Of a stretch of DNA of 38,846 nt, positions 18,205 to 27,782 are shown piece after piece. The notes beneath the pieces were generated by a model that worked only from the letters and a program-made list of their open reading frames with translations, was not told the origin of the DNA and made no database searches. A program made the translations under genes and the position numbers. The stretch lies in sequence record DRR378314_766; one strand, given 5' to 3'. Positions within the stretch are counted from its first letter, which is position 1, and every line of letters starts with the position of its first letter.

Positions 18205-19208
18205 AATTTTGCCTCTTTTGCGCGTGCCAACAGTTGCTGGTCTGCTTGTAGCTTTGCCTGCTGCCAATTAATTTTTGCCCAATAAAGTGCTTTATCAGGC
18301 TGTTGATCAAGGTCTAAATAATAACGAGCAAGATCGCTGGCATGAAATACATCTTGGCGCAGTTCTCTTAATTGCACGCGTTTTGACATAAGAGTTTGCC
18401 ATTGAGTTTGTGGGTTTTTTGTGTTGTTTCGCTCGGCAATCGCTAAACGAAGTAATAATGCATCTTCTAAATTTTCATTATCGTGAGTTAGTGAAGGTAA
18501 AGAGTTCAGTATTTTTTGATAAGACCCTAAAGCTAAATGAATATCAGCCCACAATACAACCAAACTAACAGGGGCTGTATTTAACTCAATTGAGCGAATA
18601 TGATCCAATGCTGCTTTTGGTTTATTAAGCCTAAGCGCCATCTCACCAAGCACATGACGGGTGGTTTCATTTTGCTTATTAATAACAATACTATTTTTTA
18701 AACTTTGATAGCTTTGTGTTAATTGGCCATCTTGGCTTAATGCATCTAATGCACATGTGTTTACTACATCCATAGGTGCTAAGCCTACAAGATTTAAGCA
18801 TTGTTGTTTTGCTGCGGTGAATTTGCCTTGTACCATCAACATATTTGCTTGTAGTAGATGGCTATTAACGTGTTGGGGGTCTTTTTGTAATACTTCTTGA
18901 GTAATACTTAATGCTTGTTCAAATTGATGTTCACGTTGTAAAACACGAGCGTACATGTAACCAATATCGGGTGTTTTAGATTGTTTGTAGCGCAATTCTA
19001 ATTGTGATTTTAACAGCCCTTGGCGTAATTCTGTTTGACCTACTTGCTGCGTTGTAATGAGTAATGCCATTAACTCATTATTATTCAATATCGCCGTACT
19101 AACAGAGCGTGCCTTGGCTATTATGGTGTTATCGGCAGGTATAATTGGTTCAGCGAATAAACAAGGTGAAAGTACTAGAGCAAAGTAAGTAAAGGCACGA
19201 ATCAACAT
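18201..19208 (-). CDS. Exported TPR-repeat protein
   Basis: Signal peptide, GGAG RBS, TPR-like helices (ARVLQREHQFEQAL, ANMLMVQGKFTAA). Confidence 0.85.
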   Translation of the reverse strand: MLIRAFTYFALVLSPCLFAEPIIPADNTIIAKARSVSTAILNNNELMALLITTQQVGQTELRQGLLKSQLELRYKQSKTPDIGYMYARVLQREHQFEQALSITQEVLQKDPQHVNSHLLQANMLMVQGKFTAAKQQCLNLVGLAPMDVVNTCALDALSQDGQLTQSYQSLKNSIVINKQNETTRHVLGEMALRLNKPKAALDHIRSIELNTAPVSLVVLWADIHLALGSYQKILNSLPSLTHDNENLEDALLLRLAIAERNNTKNPQTQWQTLMSKRVQLRELRQDVFHASDLARYYLDLDQQPDKALYWAKINWQQAKLQADQQLLARAKEAKL

Positions 19209-19258
19209 AGTGTCTCCTAAAAAGGCCTTCCATGGCCTGCAAGTTGGTATTAAAAAGC

Positions 19259-19774
19259 TTAATTATCCGTTAGCAAGTCGTCATAATTGACTTTTGCATC
19301 GGCATTAGTAAAGGCACGTCCGTTAACACTTAGCGGCTTGTCTGTAGGCGCTTGATTAAACGCAGCACGACTAAACTGGGCAAAGTCAACTTCCAGTACT
19401 TCAATTGTAATATCAACCATGGCTGTTACTTGTTCATTGACACCATCGCTTACAGCAAAAGTAAAACTGTCTGTGCCAGTTGCTTCTGCATTCGGTGTGT
19501 AAACATAGCTACCATCAGTATTAACTACAACCATGCCTAGCATAGGTTCAGTGACTAAACTAAATGTCAGCGTATCACCCTCAGGATCAGTGCCTTGTAG
19601 CATATCTTCAATGGTTACTTCGGTTTGTGTTGTAACCATATCTGCAGATGCGGTAGGTGCTTTATTCACCACTGGTGGTGGCTCTACGCTATTTTTGTCA
19701 TCATCGTTATTACAGCCACTAAGCACCAAAACTGTGAGTAGGGTCGCAATGTGTGATAATTTTAACTGTTGCAT
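19259..19774 (-). CDS. Lipoprotein with a cadherin/Ig-like domain
   Basis: AAGGAG RBS, lipobox LSGC, NKAPTA...TDPEGD...DGSYVYTP...GTDSFTFAVSDG. Confidence 0.9.
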   Translation of the reverse strand: MQQLKLSHIATLLTVLVLSGCNNDDDKNSVEPPPVVNKAPTASADMVTTQTEVTIEDMLQGTDPEGDTLTFSLVTEPMLGMVVVNTDGSYVYTPNAEATGTDSFTFAVSDGVNEQVTAMVDITIEVLEVDFAQFSRAAFNQAPTDKPLSVNGRAFTNADAKVNYDDLLTDN

Positions 19775-19784
19775 GAGTTTCTCC

Positions 19785-21377
19785 TTATTTAGACCCTGCA
19801 AGCGGTGTTGCAAGGTACGGGAAAGTTGAATCCATCATCGTTGCGTCAAGTGGAGCACCATCAGTAAACGGCACGTTACCGACACTTGCATCATCACTGG
19901 TACACAGGCCTAAATCAGTATCGGTGCCATTTACAGGCACTGGGTAACATAGGCGGCCCATAACAACACGCAGGGCAATATCGACTACATCATCACCAGG
20001 GCGACGACCATTTGGGAAACCCGCTAAATCATCACCAGCAACACCAAAAGCAGATTGATCGGCTTGCGCTTTTGCGGCAATAGCCGTATTTAGGCGTAGC
20101 ATTTCGGCGCCCGTGACCGTTGCTAATTGGTTAACACCAGGGAAGCCAGTTAAAAATGCTGTAACTAGGTCATTTCTAGGAAAGTTAGTTGGAGCAAGTG
20201 TTTCTAGGTTAGCGCCAAGCGTTGTATTTACTGCATCTTTAAAGAGAATATTCAGTAGCTCAGGTAATGAAGGGTGTGTCACATAGTCAATAAACTGTGC
20301 GTCGTCTTTTGGTTGAGATGTTGAGAATGTATCTTTATCTTTTAAACCAATAACAAGTTCGTTGACCAGTGGGTTACCTAATCGCGATACTTGTGTTAAC
20401 GCTCCGCCGTTAGCCGCATTGTTAGCAAATTTTGCATTTGGATTTAAAATACGTGCTTGCGGTAAGCTTGCAGTAGTCCATGAGCCAATAGTGCCATTAC
20501 CTTCGCCAGTTACGCATGCCTTAGGAACTTCAACAGCAATGGCGGTTACATTCTTATCCTTAAGGTCATCATTATCCATACTTTGTGTTATGCCGCCTGG
20601 GAAGCCTTCGCCATCACCTGCACCTGGTGCACTATCACCTTCTACTGGAACGTAGTTAACCAAATCAAATGTTTTACCTAGGTTTACAACAAATGGGTCT
20701 TTACGTTGTCCAACAAATACTTTTGCCATAGCGTCGCAGCCAGGAACAGCTACATTATAAACAAATTGATCGGCGTACGTTTTGTAGCCGTCCATTGAGC
20801 TAAATGTTTTATTACCAATATAATCAAGTGGTTTACCAAACTCGTTTGTATTCGTGTTGCTGTTAGTGAGCATCGTTTTTGTGCCAGTGCGCATAGGGCC
20901 TGATATCATGCTCATGGTGTATGATTCGCTAAAATTAACCGCTGAATTATCACCAGAGGCAACACCACCTACATTTTTTAAAGGCACAGCGACAGTGCGC
21001 TGGTTATCAGCAGGGCCAACTGTTAACGCTACGCCATTATTATCATTTGGCAGCATGCTTTTAAAGTTGAAGGCAAAAGTAATGTCTTCAACAGCATCAC
21101 CATCGTTATCAATATGAATACTGTAAGTGGCATCAGGATCCATGGCGAAATAATTTGGCCCGCCATAACCATCTTGCAATGGAATATAGTTGGCAATAAA
21201 TGTCACGTAGTCGCCTCGGCCTTGCTCATAACTATTAAATGCATAAAAGTCGGTTGAGTCTAACGTTGGAAAGCGACTAATGTTTGGCGCCTCACGGTGG
21301 CTAGATGCCTCAATTGGGACGCTCACTAAGGTGCTGCATACTACTACTGCTAAAATGGACGGAGTTAATACTTTCAT
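19785..21377 (-). CDS. DUF4331-family secreted protein
   Basis: Signal then SSHREAP; DSTDFYAF, FVGQRKDPF, QVSRLGNPLVNE, GFPNGRRPGDDVVD, FPYL. Confidence 0.9.
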   Translation of the reverse strand: MKVLTPSILAVVVCSTLVSVPIEASSHREAPNISRFPTLDSTDFYAFNSYEQGRGDYVTFIANYIPLQDGYGGPNYFAMDPDATYSIHIDNDGDAVEDITFAFNFKSMLPNDNNGVALTVGPADNQRTVAVPLKNVGGVASGDNSAVNFSESYTMSMISGPMRTGTKTMLTNSNTNTNEFGKPLDYIGNKTFSSMDGYKTYADQFVYNVAVPGCDAMAKVFVGQRKDPFVVNLGKTFDLVNYVPVEGDSAPGAGDGEGFPGGITQSMDNDDLKDKNVTAIAVEVPKACVTGEGNGTIGSWTTASLPQARILNPNAKFANNAANGGALTQVSRLGNPLVNELVIGLKDKDTFSTSQPKDDAQFIDYVTHPSLPELLNILFKDAVNTTLGANLETLAPTNFPRNDLVTAFLTGFPGVNQLATVTGAEMLRLNTAIAAKAQADQSAFGVAGDDLAGFPNGRRPGDDVVDIALRVVMGRLCYPVPVNGTDTDLGLCTSDDASVGNVPFTDGAPLDATMMDSTFPYLATPLAGSK

Positions 21378-21416
21378 GATTGCTTCCTTTAGTTTTAGAT
21401 TATATTCATAGCTAAT

Positions 21417-21443
21417 AACGGGGGAGCGGTTTGATTGGATGCA
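21417..21443 (-). promoter_or_regulatory. ECF sigma promoter of the DUF4331 operon
   Basis: TGCATCC-N16-CGTT, same motif and spacing as 22901-22927. Confidence 0.85.
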
Positions 21444-21566
21444 GGAAATGTAAGATTAATTTAAATAAATGTGAAATTTACTCTTATGTCACTGATTATA
21501 TTGTTTTTTTATTTTTGATTATTTTGCATTATTGTTATGGATTACAGTGCGCTAATTAACAAAAGC

Positions 21567-21591
21567 AAAAAAGCCAGCTAATGCTGGCTTT
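21567..21591 (-). terminator. Intrinsic terminator after the anti-sigma gene
   Basis: GCCAGC-N4-GCTGGC followed by six U on the minus strand. Confidence 0.8.
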
Positions 21592-21643
21592 GTATTATTT
21601 CACTGAATAGTGGGAATGCATTTTAATTACTTAAGGTGCATTT

Positions 21644-22339
21644 TTAAAGCAATATAAGCTCTGTTGTATACAATACTTCTGTAGGCAGACCCGTCGGTGA
21701 GCCACCAATTGGCTCTAAACTAATCGCCAGTAGTGCAATATCTTGGGCACTAAAACGGCTATCTTTGAGCAATGATTTGACGCCATCTTTTGGTAAAATA
21801 CCTAAAGAAATGGGGGTATCTTGGCCTTTGAGAATCATCCATAATTGGTAGTCTTTATCGTTTCTTGCAACTAATTTGTCACTGGCTTTAATAGATAAGT
21901 TTTGCTCATCTATATCAATAAACCACAATGGTTGCTCTGTTGCATCTTTAAACAAAGCAATTTGTTGTGTGGGTTGCACCGGCGCTTGTGGCTGCCAAAT
22001 AATCACTGCAAGTATAATACTGGCCGCTGTCGCAATTAAAGACCATGCCTTCCAAATATGTGCTTTGGGCTTGATGACATTTGAGTCAGTGGATGATTGT
22101 ATTGGCTTAGAAGCATCGATACGCTGAGATATAATTTGCCAAACTTTATCACTTGGTTGCTCTGATTGTATTGAGCTCGCTAAGTTATTTAAGTGTTGTT
22201 CCCATATCCACGTTGCTTCTCTAATACGTGTAGAAGTGAGCATTAAGCGTTGAAAACGCTTACGAGCTGAGCCTGTAAGTGTGCCTAAAACATACTCTGC
22301 TGCAAGCATATCTATCAGCTTTTGATTGTCATAATTCAT
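21644..22339 (-). CDS. RskA-like anti-sigma factor
   Basis: AAEYVLGTL N-terminus, single TM, YQLW, AISLEPIGGSPTGLPT; ATGA overlap with the sigma gene. Confidence 0.93.
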   Translation of the reverse strand: MNYDNQKLIDMLAAEYVLGTLTGSARKRFQRLMLTSTRIREATWIWEQHLNNLASSIQSEQPSDKVWQIISQRIDASKPIQSSTDSNVIKPKAHIWKAWSLIATAASIILAVIIWQPQAPVQPTQQIALFKDATEQPLWFIDIDEQNLSIKASDKLVARNDKDYQLWMILKGQDTPISLGILPKDGVKSLLKDSRFSAQDIALLAISLEPIGGSPTGLPTEVLYTTELILL

Positions 22340-22875
22340 AGCGTTAAGCACCTCTGCAGCTGTTGTAAGCCCCGTCTGATCCAGCTTTTAACTGTGCCAA
22401 GTGGAGTGTCTACGTGATCCACCAATTCGCTGTGAGTTAACCCTTTATAATAGGCTAAATGGATCGCTTGTTTTTGCTGCTCATCCAATTGTTCCATACA
22501 ATCAACGAGTTTAGTTTTATCTTCGTAATCGACAGTTATTGCAGTATCTGCAATAGGTTCAAAGTGATCGTTGTCATCATCTAGGCTTTGTTCTTTACGA
22601 ACCTTATGATAACGCAGTGAATCTAAGCTTCGATACCGTACAATACTGATCATCCAGCTAATAACAGTTCCTTTGCTGGCTTGGTATTCAGATGCGTTAT
22701 GCCATATTTTAACGAACGCATCTTGCAATGCTTCTTCCGCATGAGCGCGATTTGTTAACATTTTTAAGCTGATGGCAAATAGTTTTGGGCTAGTTGCATT
22801 ATATAGTTTTGCAAAAGCCTGTTTATTTCCTTGCGCTGTTTGACTCAGCAGCGGTAATAGTTCATCGATTTCCAT
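22336..22875 (-). CDS. ECF sigma factor (SigK-like)
   Basis: AFAKLY, AEEALQDAFVKIW, LAYYKGLTHSEL, PLGTVKSWIRRGL. Confidence 0.96.
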   Translation of the reverse strand: MEIDELLPLLSQTAQGNKQAFAKLYNATSPKLFAISLKMLTNRAHAEEALQDAFVKIWHNASEYQASKGTVISWMISIVRYRSLDSLRYHKVRKEQSLDDDNDHFEPIADTAITVDYEDKTKLVDCMEQLDEQQKQAIHLAYYKGLTHSELVDHVDTPLGTVKSWIRRGLQQLQRCLTL

Positions 22876-22900
22876 AGAGTTCCTGTTGTTATTATTAGTA

Positions 22901-22927
22901 AACGTTTGAGGTTGATAATTGGATGCA
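22901..22927 (-). promoter_or_regulatory. Autoregulatory ECF sigma promoter
   Basis: TGCATCC-N16-CGTT ending 26 bp upstream of the sigma start codon. Confidence 0.85.
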
Positions 22928-23174
22928 AAATAAATTGTATGGTTAAGTGCAGAGTATAATGCTTTAAATCTAGCAGTGATTTACGGCTTGGCAAGCATAG
23001 TCGATCAGTTTTTAAGCATACTAAACGTATTAAATTAATACAATTAAAGCAAAAATAGGCTAAAAGGTTAAAAAAATGTGTTTTTCCACAATAAAAGCAC
23101 CCTTTTAGATATGGTTAAACAGTGGGTGAATGTAATACACTGTGGGAAAAGCACACAACACAAGAGAGATTAAA

Positions 23175-24176
23175 ATGGCAGCATTTGGTACGGTATTTAT
23201 GCCACAAATGATCCAAGCGAGATTTACTGATAATGCTTGGAGTGAGAGTGAAATTGTTCCATCAGATAAAATAGAACTACACGCTGGAGCACACGTTCTT
23301 CACTATTCGAGTACATGTTTTGAAGGTTTAAAAGCATTTCGCCATGATGATGGCTCAGTATACATTTTCAGAATGGATGCAAATATTGCGCGTATGCAGC
23401 AAAGCTCGAAGTTATTAAGTTTGCCAAGCTTTGAAGGGCCAAAGCTTAAAACAATGATCACAGATATAGTAAAAGAATACGCTGACGAAACACCTTTACC
23501 ACCGGGGTCAATGTACATTCGCCCAACGCACATTGGCACTGAAGCTGCGATTGGCAAAGCGGCGGTTCCCTCTGCAAGTTCACTTATGTATGTATTGCTT
23601 TCACCAGTAGGGGATTACTTCGCTGGTGGCTCAACCGCACTGCGCGTATTACTAGAAGAAGATGGTATGCGCTGTGCGCCGCACATGGGAATGGTTAAAA
23701 GTGGTGGTAATTATGCCAGTGCATTGGCGCCAATTTCAGCAGCCCGTGAAAAATACCAAGCAGATCAAATTTTATTTTGCCCAGGTGGTGACGTACAAGA
23801 AACCGGTGCTGCTAACTTTATTTTAATTGATGGTAACGAGATCATCACCAAAGCGCTCGACAGCACATTTTTACATGGTGTAACACGCCACAGTATTTTG
23901 ACTATTGCCAAAGATTTAGGCATGACAGTGTCAGAACGTAACTTTACAGTTACTGAATTATTAGAGCGTGCAGCTAAGCCAGGCACTGAGGCTGCGCTTT
24001 CTGGTACAGCTGCTGTGCTCACTGCGGTGGGGACTTTTATTCATAATGATAAAGAATATAAAGTAGGTACTGGCGAGCCGGGTCCAACGACAACCCGTTT
24101 ACGTCAAGCATTGAATGATATTCAGTGGGGTAAAGCACCAGATACACATGGTTGGTTAACCAAAGTAGACGTTTAA
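23175..24176 (+). CDS. ilvE: Branched-chain amino acid aminotransferase
   Basis: LHYSSTCFEGLKA, YIRP, PLP lysine in VKSGGNY, ETGAAN, LHGVTR, GTAAV. Confidence 0.93.
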   Translation: MAAFGTVFMPQMIQARFTDNAWSESEIVPSDKIELHAGAHVLHYSSTCFEGLKAFRHDDGSVYIFRMDANIARMQQSSKLLSLPSFEGPKLKTMITDIVKEYADETPLPPGSMYIRPTHIGTEAAIGKAAVPSASSLMYVLLSPVGDYFAGGSTALRVLLEEDGMRCAPHMGMVKSGGNYASALAPISAAREKYQADQILFCPGGDVQETGAANFILIDGNEIITKALDSTFLHGVTRHSILTIAKDLGMTVSERNFTVTELLERAAKPGTEAALSGTAAVLTAVGTFIHNDKEYKVGTGEPGPTTTRLRQALNDIQWGKAPDTHGWLTKVDV

Positions 24177-24448
24177 TTTCTGTGTAATTCATTATGCCTA
24201 AGAGAAAGCTAGCCATAATACTGGTATGCTGAAACTTGGGCTTTTTCATTTCAATATCCTACCCTTAAACTGTAAGTAACTCACACCTGTGTGTAAAATC
24301 AACGCAAAGCTTTCAAAATGAAAATTTTAGTTATTGAAATATAAAAACTTTTATTTTAATTATCTCGGCGTAATTATTGCAAACTAACCTACAAAGTGGT
24401 TTGTTCATTCAGTACTAACCACATAAAATTAATAACAAAGGAGAATCT

Positions 24449-26074
24449 ATGTGGGCCGCAATTAGTTATATTGTATTGGCAGTGGTTTTTATTGTGATGG
24501 GCTGGCAAGTTGATGCTGTTTATTTTTCCATTATGTTTTATTGGACTGCACTGTCATTGCTACTTGTAGGTGGTGCGTATGTGTTTAACGTAGCCAAAAT
24601 TTTTCGTAAGCGTGAAAACGGTGTCATTCCCTTTTATATCCGCTGGGCTTTTGTGCCTTTTTTATTGGGTGCACAAGTGTACAACGCTTGGAGCCGAAAA
24701 AGAGATAAAGTACCGCCATTACAACAGATAAATGATCACTTATTTTTAGCGTGTCGCTTATTTCCCTCAGACATAGACACCATGAAAGAGAATAATATCA
24801 CAGCTATCTTAGATGTAACTTGCGAGTTCGATGGACTAGAATGGTCATCGACTCAAGAGAATATCAAATACCTGAATATCCCTGTACTTGATCATCGCGT
24901 GCCTACGCGATCACAGCTTAATCAAGCTTTAAATTGGATTGACCATCATATTAAAGCTAATCGCCGTGTGGTGGTGCATTGTGCACTGGGTCGTGGACGG
25001 TCAGTATTTGTTATGGCAGCTTATTTATTGAGTCAAAATAAGGACGCTGATGTTCATCAAGTATTAGCACAAATTAAAGAGACCCGTGAAACAGCTAACC
25101 TCAATAAACACCAATTACGTCATTTAGTTAAACGCCATCGTAGTGGGGAGTTGCTTATAAAAAATAAAGCAGTGTTAATTGCAAACCCAGTATCTGGTAC
25201 AAAACTGTGGCAACAAAAAAAGGACATGATTATTAATCGCTTGTCTGCCTATTACGATTTGAAAGTGTTAACAACCTCAAAAGAAGAAAATGGTATTGTA
25301 TTAGCAAAGCAAGCTATGAGTGACAGCCCAAATTTGATTATTGCCTGTGGCGGCGATGGAACAGTTACAGAGGTTGCCAGTGTACTTGTTAATACCGATT
25401 GTAAACTCGGCATAATTCCGTTGGGTACAGCTAATGCTCTTGCTCATGTTTTGATGGGGATAAAATCTAAATTAATCCCTGTTGAAACGGCATGTGACCT
25501 TATCATAGATGGTCAAACTCAACGTATGGATACAGCTTACTGTAATGGCGAGCTTATGCTGCTATTGGCTGGAATTGGCTTTGAGCAAACGATGATCGAA
25601 AAAGCTGATCGCGAAAGTAAGAACGCGGTTGGTCAAGTTGCATACTTACAAGGTTTTTGGCAGGCATTAGGTCAGCAAAAAGCGCAAAAGTTGAGTGTAA
25701 AGTTAGATGACAATGCGCCTCAAGAATTATTTACAAACAGTCTGATTGTTGCCAATGCTGCGCCGTTTACTACATTGTTGGCCCAAGCTAGCGGTCAGCC
25801 TGATCACAATGATGGCTTACTAGATGTTAATTGGCTAACGCCCAATGTAGATAATTCGACCAATGTGCTTAGCATTGCAGAGCTTGTTTTAAGCAGTGTA
25901 ACGCAGGCTCACTTAGCGATAAACTCGCACCACACCAATGCTCGTCGGGTGGTGGTAAGCGCTGCTGATGAGGTTAAATATGTCATAGATGGAGAAGTTA
26001 AAACAGCAAATGAATTAGTGATCGAAATTGAACCAAGCTCACTCGCTGTAGTGTGTGCAGAGCAGCCAGTTTAA
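24449..26074 (+). CDS. Membrane-anchored dual-specificity phosphatase / diacylglycerol kinase-family fusion
   Basis: N-terminal TMs; HCALGRGRS (CX5R); ANPVSG, GGDGT, PLGTANA and IDGE kinase motifs. Confidence 0.92.
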   Translation: MWAAISYIVLAVVFIVMGWQVDAVYFSIMFYWTALSLLLVGGAYVFNVAKIFRKRENGVIPFYIRWAFVPFLLGAQVYNAWSRKRDKVPPLQQINDHLFLACRLFPSDIDTMKENNITAILDVTCEFDGLEWSSTQENIKYLNIPVLDHRVPTRSQLNQALNWIDHHIKANRRVVVHCALGRGRSVFVMAAYLLSQNKDADVHQVLAQIKETRETANLNKHQLRHLVKRHRSGELLIKNKAVLIANPVSGTKLWQQKKDMIINRLSAYYDLKVLTTSKEENGIVLAKQAMSDSPNLIIACGGDGTVTEVASVLVNTDCKLGIIPLGTANALAHVLMGIKSKLIPVETACDLIIDGQTQRMDTAYCNGELMLLLAGIGFEQTMIEKADRESKNAVGQVAYLQGFWQALGQQKAQKLSVKLDDNAPQELFTNSLIVANAAPFTTLLAQASGQPDHNDGLLDVNWLTPNVDNSTNVLSIAELVLSSVTQAHLAINSHHTNARRVVVSAADEVKYVIDGEVKTANELVIEIEPSSLAVVCAEQPV

Positions 26075-26338
26075 TTACTTTTTAATACTTGGCCAGACGA
26101 AGCCGCTTGCTTGCGGCTTTGTTTCAACACAGTTATCAAGATAAAGCTGTTCTACCTTAGTGCGTGCCCAAGGGGTTTTGCGTAAAAATTTAAGGCTCGA
26201 TTTAACGCTAGGATCAGACTTAAAGCAGCGAATGTCCACTTGTTCGCCCATGGCTTTCCAGCCGATTGTTTGTTCAAGTTTTACGACGATTTGTTCAAGG
26301 GTTATGCCGTGTAATGGATTGTTAGCTTGCTGATTCAT
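26075..26338 (-). CDS. VF530 / DUF2132-family small protein
   Basis: NPLHGITLE...[28 protein letters not shown]. Confidence 0.9.
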   Translation of the reverse strand: MNQQANNPLHGITLEQIVVKLEQTIGWKAMGEQVDIRCFKSDPSVKSSLKFLRKTPWARTKVEQLYLDNCVETKPQASGFVWPSIKK

Positions 26339-26438
26339 AATTCACTATAGCGTTAAAAAATTCGGGGCTATTGTAGCCTAAGTGGCCGTTGATACCAACG
26401 CGATATCTTTGTGTAGTATTAAATAACCCCAGTTTTGG

Positions 26439-26756
26439 CTAATTAACCCGAATTGTTTTAGGTGCTTTTGGATAAATAATCTCGTTTTCATCACTGAGCA
26501 TTAACCATATCAATGAACTATTATTATGCTGCGGTTTTTTTGCAGTGCATATGACTTTTAAATTAGCCATGATAACGACAGCACCTTCACTGTAGCGTTT
26601 ATCATCAAACCAACAGACAGATTGCTGGTTAATAACATCTTGTGGATTTAATAATAATGTTGTTTTTAGATTGTCTCCAAAGCTATTTACAGAGTAAATA
26701 AAACAAACAAAACATAGACCTATAGTAGTTAAAATTCTCATATTCAGCCTTTGCAT
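26439..26756 (-). CDS. DUF1496-like exported protein
   Basis: Signal-like N-terminus; CWFDDKRYSEGAVV...C motif; GGAG RBS. Confidence 0.75.
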   Translation of the reverse strand: MQRLNMRILTTIGLCFVCFIYSVNSFGDNLKTTLLLNPQDVINQQSVCWFDDKRYSEGAVVIMANLKVICTAKKPQHNNSSLIWLMLSDENEIIYPKAPKTIRVN

Positions 26757-26778
26757 TAAAAAATAACTCCACTAAGCT

Positions 26779-26857
26779 TATACCCAAGTTACCAAGAATT
26801 ACCAGTAGCAATTTTTCAATTGGTTGCTAATAAGTGTTTTAGAGTGACTTGGGTATA
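26779..26857. mobile_element. MITE/ERIC-like intergenic element
   Basis: Terminal inverted repeats TATACCCAAGTTAC and GTGACTTGGGTATA, internal TAGCAA/TTGCTA. Confidence 0.6.
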
Positions 26858-26913
26858 AAATGTGTTAGGGTAAATAATCAATAAAATAATAATTTCGAAA
26901 ACAAGGTGAACAC

Positions 26914-27147
26914 ATGCAATTTAACCAAAAGATGATGGATGAATTTGAACTGCTTGCTAAATTTCCTGTTAGCAGCAAAATGCAAGGTATTAAGATTCAT
27001 AGCGATGCAAACGACAGTGTTATTAGCGCCGCACAGCGTTTATTTGAAAAAGGGATTATAGATAGCCCAGACGGCGGATATTTAACCGATCTGGGCTTAG
27101 ATTTAATTGAGCATGTTACTGTGATACACAGCGCGCTGAGTAGTTAG
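26914..27147 (+). CDS. TIGR02647-family small protein
   Basis: MQGIKIHSDA...AAQRLFEKGII..PDGGYLTDLG. Confidence 0.85.
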   Translation: MQFNQKMMDEFELLAKFPVSSKMQGIKIHSDANDSVISAAQRLFEKGIIDSPDGGYLTDLGLDLIEHVTVIHSALSS

Positions 27148-27773
27148 CCAGCATCAAGCTGATTTTGCGGTGCTGCATCACTAAATGCAGCTAACGTATT
27201 ACAATGCGCGTATATGGCTGCTATTTTTGGATACGCAGTCATATCGACATTAAAGCGCAACGCATTAAATACTTGTGGCACTAAACATACATCAGCTAGA
27301 CTCGGTTTATCTCCAACACAAAAATCATGCTTCTCATCCAGTAATAACTCTAGCTTTTCAAAGCCTACTTCAACCCAATGACGGTACCATTTATTTTTGG
27401 CTTCATCATCAACCGCAAGCTCAGTGCTTAAATACTTAAGTACGCGTAAGTTATCGATAGGGTGAATATCGCACGCTACGGCATAACTTAAATTACGGAT
27501 TTGTGCTTTTTCCCATGCATTGCCGTAAATCAACGGGTGTTGAGGGTACGTTTCATCAAGGTATTCTAAGATGGCTAACGATTGCCCTAGCACTCCTTCC
27601 TCAGTTTCCAGCGCGGGTAATAACCCTTGTGGGTTTTTACTCAGGTAGTGCTCACCTTGCTGCTCTGACTTTAATAAGTTTACAGGTACTAGCTCATGAT
27701 CAATGGCTTTTAAATTAAGTGCAATACGCACACGATAAGCCGCAGATGAACGAAAATAAGTATACAGTTTCAT
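27144..27773 (-). CDS. maiA: Maleylacetoacetate isomerase (GST zeta)
   Basis: LYTYFRSSAAYRVRIALNLK; ADVCLVPQVFNA. Confidence 0.96.
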   Translation of the reverse strand: MKLYTYFRSSAAYRVRIALNLKAIDHELVPVNLLKSEQQGEHYLSKNPQGLLPALETEEGVLGQSLAILEYLDETYPQHPLIYGNAWEKAQIRNLSYAVACDIHPIDNLRVLKYLSTELAVDDEAKNKWYRHWVEVGFEKLELLLDEKHDFCVGDKPSLADVCLVPQVFNALRFNVDMTAYPKIAAIYAHCNTLAAFSDAAPQNQLDAG

Positions 27774-27782
27774 GAAATGACC

